From positions 12,415 to 76,414 of the IMG/VR virus record IMGVR_UViG_3300023063_000002: 64,000 nt of DNA; one strand, written 5' to 3'. The notes beneath the pieces were generated by a model that worked only from the letters and a program-made list of their open reading frames with translations, made no database searches and had not been told where the DNA came from. The DNA comes from a virus. The translations under genes were made by a program, and so were the position numbers. Positions within the stretch are counted from its first letter, which is position 1; each line of letters begins with the position of its first letter. Shown piece by piece: positions 56,205 through 64,000 of the stretch.

Positions 56205-58103
56205 CTAGTGAACTTGGTACCATGTGTCTCCAATTTTACCTGTACCATCAAGAATCATCATTCCAAAATGTTTACCTGCTTCTTGGAATGCTTCTACACA
56301 GATCAGCCTAGCTTGTTCTGCATCTTCTTCTTTAACAATTATCTCCAGTTCGTCGTGATAGAAGATCTTAGGCTCATACCAAATGCCAAGCTCTTCCAGC
56401 TTATCCATTGTGTAAGCAACAGCAGCTTTACAGCTAATTGCTTCGAAGTCTTGAAGAAGATAATTCAAAGCCTTGTGGGATGAATCACAGTAAATCCTGC
56501 GACCATCAATACCTGGGATATAAGGATTACCACGTTGCTCTGTCTTGTAGTAGATAGCAGTAATCTTATCAACTAACTCAGTAAAGCCAGGAATCTTAGC
56601 CATAAATTCTGACTTGAGCTTATTACCAATCTTCTTATTACGACGACCAATAACAATCAGGGAGAGCTTATCACCACCACCACCAAACAACATGGCATAG
56701 ATAAATGGCTTAGCGGTCTTGCGAGGCGTCTTCTGCCCCTTAAGATACTCTTTGATCTCTAAAAGAATCTCAGTAAGAACATCTGCATTCTTCTGGTGGA
56801 CATCACCGTTGAGAACAATGTCTGTATACTCTGGATTATTTAAGTAATGGCAGAGAGCTCGGAACTGATTACCTGACGAGTCTGCACCAATAATTTTAGT
56901 GCCTGGCGGACAGATGAACAAGGAACGAATTTGTTTACCCCACGGCGCATCAGCTCCTGGCACATTAACAAGTATGGAATGTCTTGCTCGTCCAGTGGGA
57001 GTTGCAATTGTAAAACAGCCTCCATGTAGTTTATTTTCGCTATCAAGATTACCAAGCCATCCCGATAAGATTGAGTGCCTGGATTTAGTTGTAGTATACG
57101 TGTTAATAAGCTCGCCGTCAGCGCCCAACGCCAACAATGAGGATTCTGAAAGCTTTGGCGTGGTCTTGACGCTTTTACCCGATTCGTCTTTCTTAAAGTT
57201 CCAGTCATCTGGCTCCCAGCCTATACTATATAAGAACAGTTTAACATCATCCATGTTGCTGAGTGTAGGTGCTACGAACTCAACCCTGGAGTATGGACCC
57301 TCTACTAATCGATCTTCATCTTGGCCAGTCTCAGGTTCAATCTCAAAGAACCTACAAGTGTGTGCATCATACTTACCGCTAAGTAACCATTTAGGTTTCT
57401 TGGGCTCTACTACACCTTTGGCCTTATCAATGGGTACAGTTTTTATTAACAGCTTAGGGACAATGATTGCTTCTGTTGCTCTTAGATCTACTTCCATTTC
57501 TGCTAGAAGGGCTTCAGCTGCTACACGATCAAATAGCCAACCAGCTGTTTCTGCTTGTTCACAGAACTGAGCTACTCTGTGTTCGTTTTGAAGTGACTTC
57601 TTAAACAGTGGATTACGTTCTACAATATTTCTAAACTCTTTAATCAGGTAGCGATAAACTTTACCTGTTAGATCCATATCACGATTCCAGTAAGTCTGCA
57701 TCTCTGGAGACCACTTAGTCCAATCGCTATGATCACCCTTAGGCAGACCAAAGAACTCACCCCAATCTTCAAGCCTGTGACGGCTATTTTTAAATCGACG
57801 GTAGTTCTGTGCTTGAGACATTAGCATCGTATCATGGAATCTGCATAATGGATTAGGCTTCCACCTGAAGACTTTAAACATTGCTGGTAAGTCATAGCCA
57901 ATAATGTTATGGCCTACTAGGAGAACAGCATCATCAAACTCTTCCATCCAGCCTAGATCACCATCTAACCACCATTTACGTTCATTTGTTACTAGATCAT
58001 CAAATCCGATAATCCATGCTTTACTAACTGTTACCAATAAGCCGTCTGTCTCAATGTCATACAAGAGCTTTCGGGTTGGGATCTTGAGTTTACCAAGATG
58101 CAT
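56205..58103 (-). CDS. Family A DNA polymerase (T7 gp5-like)
   Basis: Exonuclease motifs YDIETDG, GHNIIGYD, HDT; motif A DSSGNQFRAL, motif B RKTAKPFIYAMLFGGG, motif C YHDE; T7-type C-terminus G.W...H. Confidence 0.95.
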   Translation of the reverse strand: MHLGKLKIPTRKLLYDIETDGLLVTVSKAWIIGFDDLVTNERKWWLDGDLGWMEEFDDAVLLVGHNIIGYDLPAMFKVFRWKPNPLCRFHDTMLMSQAQNYRRFKNSRHRLEDWGEFFGLPKGDHSDWTKWSPEMQTYWNRDMDLTGKVYRYLIKEFRNIVERNPLFKKSLQNEHRVAQFCEQAETAGWLFDRVAAEALLAEMEVDLRATEAIIVPKLLIKTVPIDKAKGVVEPKKPKWLLSGKYDAHTCRFFEIEPETGQDEDRLVEGPYSRVEFVAPTLSNMDDVKLFLYSIGWEPDDWNFKKDESGKSVKTTPKLSESSLLALGADGELINTYTTTKSRHSILSGWLGNLDSENKLHGGCFTIATPTGRARHSILVNVPGADAPWGKQIRSLFICPPGTKIIGADSSGNQFRALCHYLNNPEYTDIVLNGDVHQKNADVLTEILLEIKEYLKGQKTPRKTAKPFIYAMLFGGGGDKLSLIVIGRRNKKIGNKLKSEFMAKIPGFTELVDKITAIYYKTEQRGNPYIPGIDGRRIYCDSSHKALNYLLQDFEAISCKAAVAYTMDKLEELGIWYEPKIFYHDELEIIVKEEDAEQARLICVEAFQEAGKHFGMMILDGTGKIGDTWYQVH

Positions 58104-58137
58104 ATTATCCTTTTGGATTTAAAATGGTGTGAACAGC

Positions 58138-58929
58138 TTACTTAGGATATCCCATCTCTTTAGAGACATTAGGATTTATTAGATAACACATTTCATAGTA
58201 TTGTTTTTGTGTTAGTTTATTGGACCCTACAGTAAGAATATGCCGCTCTGTAACAATATCCGCACCAAGCATTTTACCTAAAGCTTCAGCGATTGACTTC
58301 CAGTATTCACCTTCATCACCCGAATGCTTAGTGCCTTCATTAAATGCTTCACCTACTTCTTCACGAGTAGCAGTGCCAAGGATAGTATCCACTTCTTCAG
58401 CTTTGATTGCACGATTAGCAGTCATATAAGCAACTAGGTAACGGAAGTACCAAAGTGCCTTTTTATATTCTTGTGCTACAGAATCCTTCTTACCACTACG
58501 CATGAGGTATTTATAAACTTGGGTAAGCAAGCTAGCCTCTACTGGATCTTTATCTTTTAGCAAATAACACATCACATCTTGGTATTGCATACCTGGGATG
58601 ATATCTTGATAATGACTTGCCTTACCTACTACATTGTAGTTCTGTTTAAATTCTGTTGGTGATTCTTTAACCAGCTCTTTAGTTGCTTCAACTGTTTGCA
58701 TATTCTCTTTCAAAGGAATTTGTTTATACCATGACTCTTCACGACCAAGCATCTCATTCCACTCAATCATTGCTGCCTTATCACTCATGATGAAGGCAAT
58801 TTCATTCGTAAGTTGATTAGTTACTCGGATATAACCAATAGTTGGTAAATTGTAATTAACATCCCAACGATCAATAATATCAAATACTCTTGTACTACCA
58901 TAATCAACAACTTCGTAAAGGTATTTCAT
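58138..58929 (-). CDS. DUF3310 (SaV-like) domain protein
   Basis: SHYQ..IPG.Q..DV...YKYL.R.GKKD...QE..KA.WY. Confidence 0.7.
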   Translation of the reverse strand: MKYLYEVVDYGSTRVFDIIDRWDVNYNLPTIGYIRVTNQLTNEIAFIMSDKAAMIEWNEMLGREESWYKQIPLKENMQTVEATKELVKESPTEFKQNYNVVGKASHYQDIIPGMQYQDVMCYLLKDKDPVEASLLTQVYKYLMRSGKKDSVAQEYKKALWYFRYLVAYMTANRAIKAEEVDTILGTATREEVGEAFNEGTKHSGDEGEYWKSIAEALGKMLGADIVTERHILTVGSNKLTQKQYYEMCYLINPNVSKEMGYPK

Positions 58930-59009
58930 AGATCCTTTGGTATTAAATAATGTGGGAGAACCATTTAGATTCTCCCATTGTAGTGCTATTTAATGCTATT
59001 TACCACTTA

Positions 59010-59624
59010 TTAGAAATCGTCGCCAAGTTCTCTAGGCGGTGCTTTAACTTCTTTCTTAGCTGGTGCTGCAGATGCTGGCTCGTCATCATTATCATCTGCC
59101 ATAACAGTTTCAGTATCGGTAGTATCAAAGTCATCATCACGGCTACCACCAGTATACAATACATATTTGGTGAGTTGCAAAGCCATTAGGATTGACTGAG
59201 TCTTAGGCTTGCCTTCTTTATCTTTACCTTCGTAGTGATAAACACGTACATTAGCAACAGATCCATTACCAACTGTATTTGGATCGATATCCTCCAAACG
59301 ACCATTGATAACCTTAACTGCTTCAGCAGGTTTCTTCTCTTTATCCAAGGAGCGCTTGCTGATGTTAACACGATAAATCTTTTTGCCATCTGGAGTAAGC
59401 ACTGGCGTCTTAGTACGTTCTTCTTCTTCTTGGCCTTCTTCTTTAGGTGAAAGTACAGTCAAGAGTTTTACTGGCAAACCACCAGTCCGCCATTCATCAC
59501 GCTGTTCAATATCTGTAGTACGAAGTTGAACTTCCCAGGTTGGATTCTCTTTATTGTAACGAGCATTTGGACGCTTTGGATCAGCTTTAAGGAAGTAGAT
59601 TTCGCACTTTTTGTACATTGCCAT
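59010..59624 (-). CDS. ssDNA-binding protein (T7 gp2.5-like)
   Basis: OB-like pattern, IGNGS.ANV-type segment, acidic tail ending in Phe (ELGDDF); located in the replication module. Confidence 0.65.
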   Translation of the reverse strand: MAMYKKCEIYFLKADPKRPNARYNKENPTWEVQLRTTDIEQRDEWRTGGLPVKLLTVLSPKEEGQEEEERTKTPVLTPDGKKIYRVNISKRSLDKEKKPAEAVKVINGRLEDIDPNTVGNGSVANVRVYHYEGKDKEGKPKTQSILMALQLTKYVLYTGGSRDDDFDTTDTETVMADDNDDEPASAAPAKKEVKAPPRELGDDF

Positions 59625-59784
59625 TTGGTATACTCTTTAATTAAATTAGTTGAAGTCTATTGACTTATATTACTACTTATGATACTATCTATTACTACTT
59701 ACTATTATTAGTTATTACTACTAGTCCCTATACTCTATCCCTATCTACTACTATACCTTATAGAGCTAACGGGGGAGGCAGAGG

Positions 59785-59804
59785 GGGTTAATTTAACGGG
59801 TTGG
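59785..59804 (-). promoter_or_regulatory. Putative phage RNAP promoter upstream of the replication genes
   Basis: CCAACCCGTTAAATTAACCC. Confidence 0.7.
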
Positions 59805-59822
59805 AATCAGTATTGATTCCGT

Positions 59823-60023
59823 TTAGTCCTCACCAAACAATAGATTCCACTCTTCAGATGTTGAACCAGTCATCAAAAATTCTCGTTGGTCAGCGTTCAA
59901 CTTTGGAAATGCATCTTGGGTAAGTATTCGACTATACATCCAACTGTCAATTTCAAACTGTGTTACTGGAATTTCCATTTGATTTGTTTTGCCAGTCAAG
60001 CCAGAGACTTTAGTAATCAGCAT
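59823..60023 (-). CDS. Small conserved phage protein
   Basis: ITKVS.LTG.....EIPVT......W.....Q.AFP.L.ADQREFL.TG....EW pattern. Confidence 0.6.
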   Translation of the reverse strand: MLITKVSGLTGKTNQMEIPVTQFEIDSWMYSRILTQDAFPKLNADQREFLMTGSTSEEWNLLFGED

Positions 60024-60448
60024 TCTTTTTCCAGTTCTTCAATATTAATGAAACTTCCTAAACCACTGAGCTCTAGTCCTTTGGGTGTAAAGTAAAACAT
60101 GTTACCACCCTGATTGTTTGTGATAAGCATACCAAATTTAATATCAGTATTTTCTACATAGCCTACGATATCAAATCCAATGAACTCTTTCTTATAGGTA
60201 GTCTGATCAAGCTGATATACAAGTAGACCATTCATTTCATGTACATCATTCTCATCATCAATGAGATAAAAGTAGCCTCCACGAATTTCCAAGAGATCAA
60301 ATTCAACGTCTTCCACAAGATCTAATGCGTTATCAACTTCAAAACTATGTTTAATATCTGCAAATAGTTTATTTTTAGTATCATTATCAATCTCTGTTGT
60401 GATATCTAAGATTGTACAGAGCTCACTAAAAGTGTTTCCAAGTCTCAT
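60017..60448 (-). CDS. Hypothetical acidic protein
   Basis: 143-aa ORF. Confidence 0.55.
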   Translation of the reverse strand: MRLGNTFSELCTILDITTEIDNDTKNKLFADIKHSFEVDNALDLVEDVEFDLLEIRGGYFYLIDDENDVHEMNGLLVYQLDQTTYKKEFIGFDIVGYVENTDIKFGMLITNNQGGNMFYFTPKGLELSGLGSFINIEELEKEC

Positions 60449-60795
60449 GATCTAGCCTTGAAGAATTTACTAGGGGCATGCCAACCTACGTCGGAGCTAC
60501 CTCTTACTGAGGAGTGATACATTAATTTAAGATACTCAGTAGATGTAGAACGGTATCCCCAATCCGTATTAGCCTTTTCAGCTCCTTCCAAAGTGTCAAA
60601 AGTATTTAAGTATGAGGCAGCTTGCAAAGTGCCATTAAATATATACTCAACTTCAACTAGTTTTGAAGATAGCTCAATATTGATTTTTGTAACAACAGCA
60701 ATAGCTACATGTGAAAATTCAGAAAACCTTTCACCTTGGATAACAAATACTTTTTCACCAATTGGGATAATGCTTAGCTCAATATTCTTTTTCAT
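60445..60795 (-). CDS. Hypothetical protein
   Basis: 116-aa ORF. Confidence 0.55.
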   Translation of the reverse strand: MKKNIELSIIPIGEKVFVIQGERFSEFSHVAIAVVTKINIELSSKLVEVEYIFNGTLQAASYLNTFDTLEGAEKANTDWGYRSTSTEYLKLMYHSSVRGSSDVGWHAPSKFFKARS

Positions 60796-60800
60796 ATCTA

Positions 60801-62315
60801 TTACGCAAATGCGTACTCACTGTCTAAAACCAATTTAAGATCCAATGTGCCAATCTCTACAGCACTCATATCACCACCCATCTCAGCAATCAAGTTCTCA
60901 AGAACTGGACCACTGTATAACTCTACAAATGTTTCCCGAACAACAGCATATAGCTCAGCCATATCACCAAGCAGACACCCAAAGGAATCATGAATAGTTG
61001 TAACAGGAAAGTCACAGCGGTTAATACATAGAGTAAGGTGAGCAGCGTCAAGGCTGTGGATAGCATTAGGACTGGCACCACTAGCTTGTTTCTTTGGAGA
61101 GTTTTGAAGATCCTCCATAAAACAAATGTGAAGTTGTCGTGTATTTTCATAGTAGCCTGTTTTAAGTTTCTCACCAACTGGTGGGCCATACTGGATGTAA
61201 GTCTTCTTTACAGTACCCTCCACATAATGTTGAACAACTGGAAAGTTAGTAACTGGAGTATGCCAAGATAGGAATTCATCTCGCTTCTCTGCCTTCTCAC
61301 CTGCATCTCTAAATACATCCAACAATTGCATTGGACGACGTAGTGATTCTTTACAGTCCTCAAAGATCATTCGACCCATATAAGCGCCCCAACCATGCTC
61401 CATGGACATCAATTGCTCAATACCATGTTTACGGGCATCATCAATAACTTGCTGACCGAGACCATACGAACTTCCACCATACGGCAACGTCATTACTCCA
61501 CGTTTACAAATCTTACGTTTCTGCTTACTATCTTTAATACGATACCAGTATACAACTGCTGAATCCTTAACTGCTTCTTTATTCTTTAGTTTGTAACTGA
61601 TAATCTCTTCAATTAGCTGTTTACGCAATTCAGACTTTTGAGGTGCATTATTAATCTGGTTTTTGTAATCTGTAATTGTATCGATTGTTACCTCAAGTTC
61701 TTTGATTATATTCTTATGTATGACACTGTACTCTTTACCCATTTTATGCCACACGTGATCTGCTACATACTTATACAAATCACCTGGCAAATCAAGAGGT
61801 ACTAGATTAACGTGTGGTGCTGTAATCTCATCCTTTGTTAATGCTGAAAGATGCTGTGATCCATTGTTGCTACCATCAATAAAGCATTCGAGATGACTCT
61901 CATAATCAATATCTTTAAACTTAAAGTTAAGACCTGAAGTATAACCGCCTGTTACTTTCCATGTTTCTAGTTTAAACCACTCATTACAAGCTGCTAAGAA
62001 TTGCCAAGGCTTATCTGCCTTCATCCAACCCTGATTGATCTTTGGGCTATCAGCATACGACAGTAGAATTTCCTTGTTATCCAGAGCCCAATGTACACGA
62101 TCATTCAATGGTATTTTATCAGTCTTTTGATTGTCTTCCCTACCAGCATCGCCTGCCCAATTTGATGCGATTGATATGAGTAGCCAGAAAAACCCTTGCT
62201 CTCCAATGCGTTTCTTATCGGCTCGTAGAAGCATTCCCTTGGATACATCAGTGCCTTGTTCATGGAAGTAAGCACTTGAAGGATATTTCCGTCCTCTGAA
62301 ATCGTAGTAATAGAG
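60801..62315 (-). CDS. T7-like RNA polymerase, exon 2
   Basis: YYDFRGRKY, motif A DGSNNGSQH, motif B RKICKRGVMTLPYG, PNAIHSLDA, motif C TIHDSFG. Confidence 0.93.
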   Translation of the reverse strand, partial: LYYYDFRGRKYPSSAYFHEQGTDVSKGMLLRADKKRIGEQGFFWLLISIASNWAGDAGREDNQKTDKIPLNDRVHWALDNKEILLSYADSPKINQGWMKADKPWQFLAACNEWFKLETWKVTGGYTSGLNFKFKDIDYESHLECFIDGSNNGSQHLSALTKDEITAPHVNLVPLDLPGDLYKYVADHVWHKMGKEYSVIHKNIIKELEVTIDTITDYKNQINNAPQKSELRKQLIEEIISYKLKNKEAVKDSAVVYWYRIKDSKQKRKICKRGVMTLPYGGSSYGLGQQVIDDARKHGIEQLMSMEHGWGAYMGRMIFEDCKESLRRPMQLLDVFRDAGEKAEKRDEFLSWHTPVTNFPVVQHYVEGTVKKTYIQYGPPVGEKLKTGYYENTRQLHICFMEDLQNSPKKQASGASPNAIHSLDAAHLTLCINRCDFPVTTIHDSFGCLLGDMAELYAVVRETFVELYSGPVLENLIAEMGGDMSAVEIGTLDLKLVLDSEYAFA

Positions 62316-63126
62316 CATGTTTGTTCAGTATACTTCGCGAGGGTATACCCGTATGTGTAGGCTCTCGACAGCCTAAATTGTAACTTGAGACCAATTACGG
62401 CCAGTTCGAATACAGTTGATGGTACCCTTATGCACATTAAATTTTTCAGCAATAGTTTTGTTAGTCTCCCCATCTAAGAACATTTGTTTGATAATTTTAA
62501 CTTCTGCCTCAACTAACTTAGTGTTTAAAGAAAATTCCTTAATCATAAGCCCAGCTTTAGTTGCATGCTCCACGTTAAATGCTTGAGTACACCACTCTAG
62601 ATTTGAATATTTATTATTTAGCTTATTAGTATCCTTGTGATTCACCTTAGGTAGGTTTAAGGGGTTTTCTAAGAATGTTCTTGCAACTAAAACATGCACA
62701 CGTTCTGTTTTGTTATGGCCATTAATACAGATTTGAATTTGCATATACCCATTTCCGTTATCATACTGTTTTAAAGTTCGGCCTTCTTTTAAATATTCAC
62801 CACCATGCGTGCTCCTAACCATACGAGTCATACTTCTAACTTGGCCCATATTTGAAACTTCATAAAAACTGTTATATTGCTTCCAAATTTCCATATTTGT
62901 CTTTCTAAGTAAATTGTCGAGATTTACACATACTGCTATATGTTGCCATATAAGTTCAGACTATATCATGCGTATAAACAACCGCCTTTGCGCTTCCACT
63001 CGCTTGAGTGTACTCCCTCCCGGGATAGTCGTTGCACCTTCAAGAACACTAGTGTTCAAGCTTGGCTCAGGGTTGGCCACATGGGCTGTTCTCTGAATTC
63101 ACAAAGTTTTACTATCACCAATATTA
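62316..63126 (-). ncRNA. Group I self-splicing intron (811 nt) interrupting the RNA polymerase gene
   Basis: 5' exon ends in U (CAT) and the intron ends in G. P1: exon CTATCAT pairs with GTGATAG (63112-63118) through a U.G pair. Core elements: P GAATTCAGAGAA (63089-63100), Q AACCCTGAGCCAAG (63061-63074), R GTGCAACGACTATCC (63023-63037), S ATGATATAGTCTG (62957-62969). Splicing restores FYH-LYYYDFRGR. Confidence 0.9.
62373..62894 (-). CDS. Intron-encoded NUMOD4-HNH homing endonuclease
   Basis: EIWK...YEVSNMGQVRS (NUMOD4), VNHKDTNKLNN..SNLEWCT...N..HA (HNH), C-terminal HTH. Confidence 0.88.
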   Translation of the reverse strand: MEIWKQYNSFYEVSNMGQVRSMTRMVRSTHGGEYLKEGRTLKQYDNGNGYMQIQICINGHNKTERVHVLVARTFLENPLNLPKVNHKDTNKLNNKYSNLEWCTQAFNVEHATKAGLMIKEFSLNTKLVEAEVKIIKQMFLDGETNKTIAEKFNVHKGTINCIRTGRNWSQVTI

Positions 63127-63951
63127 ATGATAGAACGTTTCATCAAGAAAGCGCTTAGCAATAGATCCGACCGTCCTTGCTTCCCGTAGCTTCGAGGATT
63201 TAGCCTCAGGGTTTTGCATGTCCCAAATGTCTGCAAAGGCTTCGGCTTTGTTGCGTAGGGCCCACGTGAAGATCGGGTAAATATCCTTATTAACATTCCA
63301 ACCAGTGCGCTGGGCTTTGTTAAGGCATTCAAAGACAAGTGGGTGTGTTTGTATTGTGAGCTCATTCAGTACTCCCCTGTTTTGAGTCTTAACCATTACA
63401 GATCCACAGCTATGCTTAGTGGTTGTCCAAGGCTCATATGGTACAAGAGATGGCAGCTTCTCAATCTTGTTAATCACTACAGAAGCAAACAACTCATCTA
63501 GTGCTTCCTCATCAATTGTCTCTACAAGGAATGTTGCATGCTTACCATTACCCTTACCGAGATACGTTTTAACAATACCATATTTCTCAAATGACCAAAG
63601 AAGAAATGCACCACTTTTAGCTGCTAGTGAGGAGTCTTTTTTGAGCTTAGCTCTACTACGAATAGAATGGCCAATACCAGAAATAATCTCTGCCATAAAT
63701 GGTAATGATTTACTCTTCCTGGAGAAGCTACCACCACCTCGTGTGAATGTATGTAGGATCAATGTTACGGCGTCTACTAAATCTGAAGGTCCCATACTCT
63801 GCATAAACTTCACAGGATTACGTGGGCTTACCTCATTTTCAAGACGGTCTGTGATAGAAGCAATTAATTTTTGTTTCATTGTTTCCAAGGTGTATCCTAG
63901 TCTATTTAAATTCCTGCCATGATACGGGGTATTAGCTTGATAAAGTTCCAT
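63127..63951 (-). CDS. T7-like RNA polymerase, exon 1 (spliced product about 779 aa)
   Basis: N-terminal RNAP region (P..PWT, LNKAQRTGWNVN) ending at TFYH, followed by the in-frame TAA of the intron. Confidence 0.88.
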
Positions 63952-64000
63952 CCAATAAAAATTAGAAAGAGACTCATCATAGCTTAATTCCTTTAATTTG

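Noticed and set aside
62316-63126. RNAP as a naturally split two-subunit enzyme or a frameshifted pseudogene
   Set aside because: Splice-site U and G, the P1 helix and the group I core elements explain the break, and splicing restores the frame exactly.
1-64000. Stop-codon reassignment
   Set aside because: Genes up to 8.6 kb are intact under the standard code, and TAG, TAA and TGA all end genes at plausible boundaries.

Overview
This 64 kb window is part of a lytic tailed-phage genome, and every credible gene lies on the minus strand. Read in transcription order (right to left) it encodes: a T7-like single-subunit RNA polymerase split by an HNH-bearing group I intron; a T7-like replication module (SSB, family A DNA polymerase, 5'-3' exonuclease, primase-helicase, nrdB/nrdA, ATP-dependent ligase); about 16 kb of small accessory genes; terminase and portal; and a siphovirus head-neck-tail module with a 2876-aa tape measure and a tail-tip gene that runs off the left edge. 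The most striking features are (1) a 1489-aa fusion of a MuF/gp7-type minor head protein to a second, catalytically intact T7-like RNA polymerase, probably virion-packaged; (2) a class I release-factor domain whose GGQ motif reads GGF; (3) a 38-aa peptide with a type IV prepilin cleavage motif, missed by the ORF track; (4) a 20-bp putative phage promoter in five copies; (5) a 23-nt hairpin motif with a compensatory base pair at two poly(T)-tailed sites; (6) a repeated intergenic module in the accessory region; and (7) scattered GC/CG-rich patches inside AT-rich genes. I found no integrase, tRNA, rRNA or CRISPR array. All assignments come from motif recognition by eye; no database searches were run.
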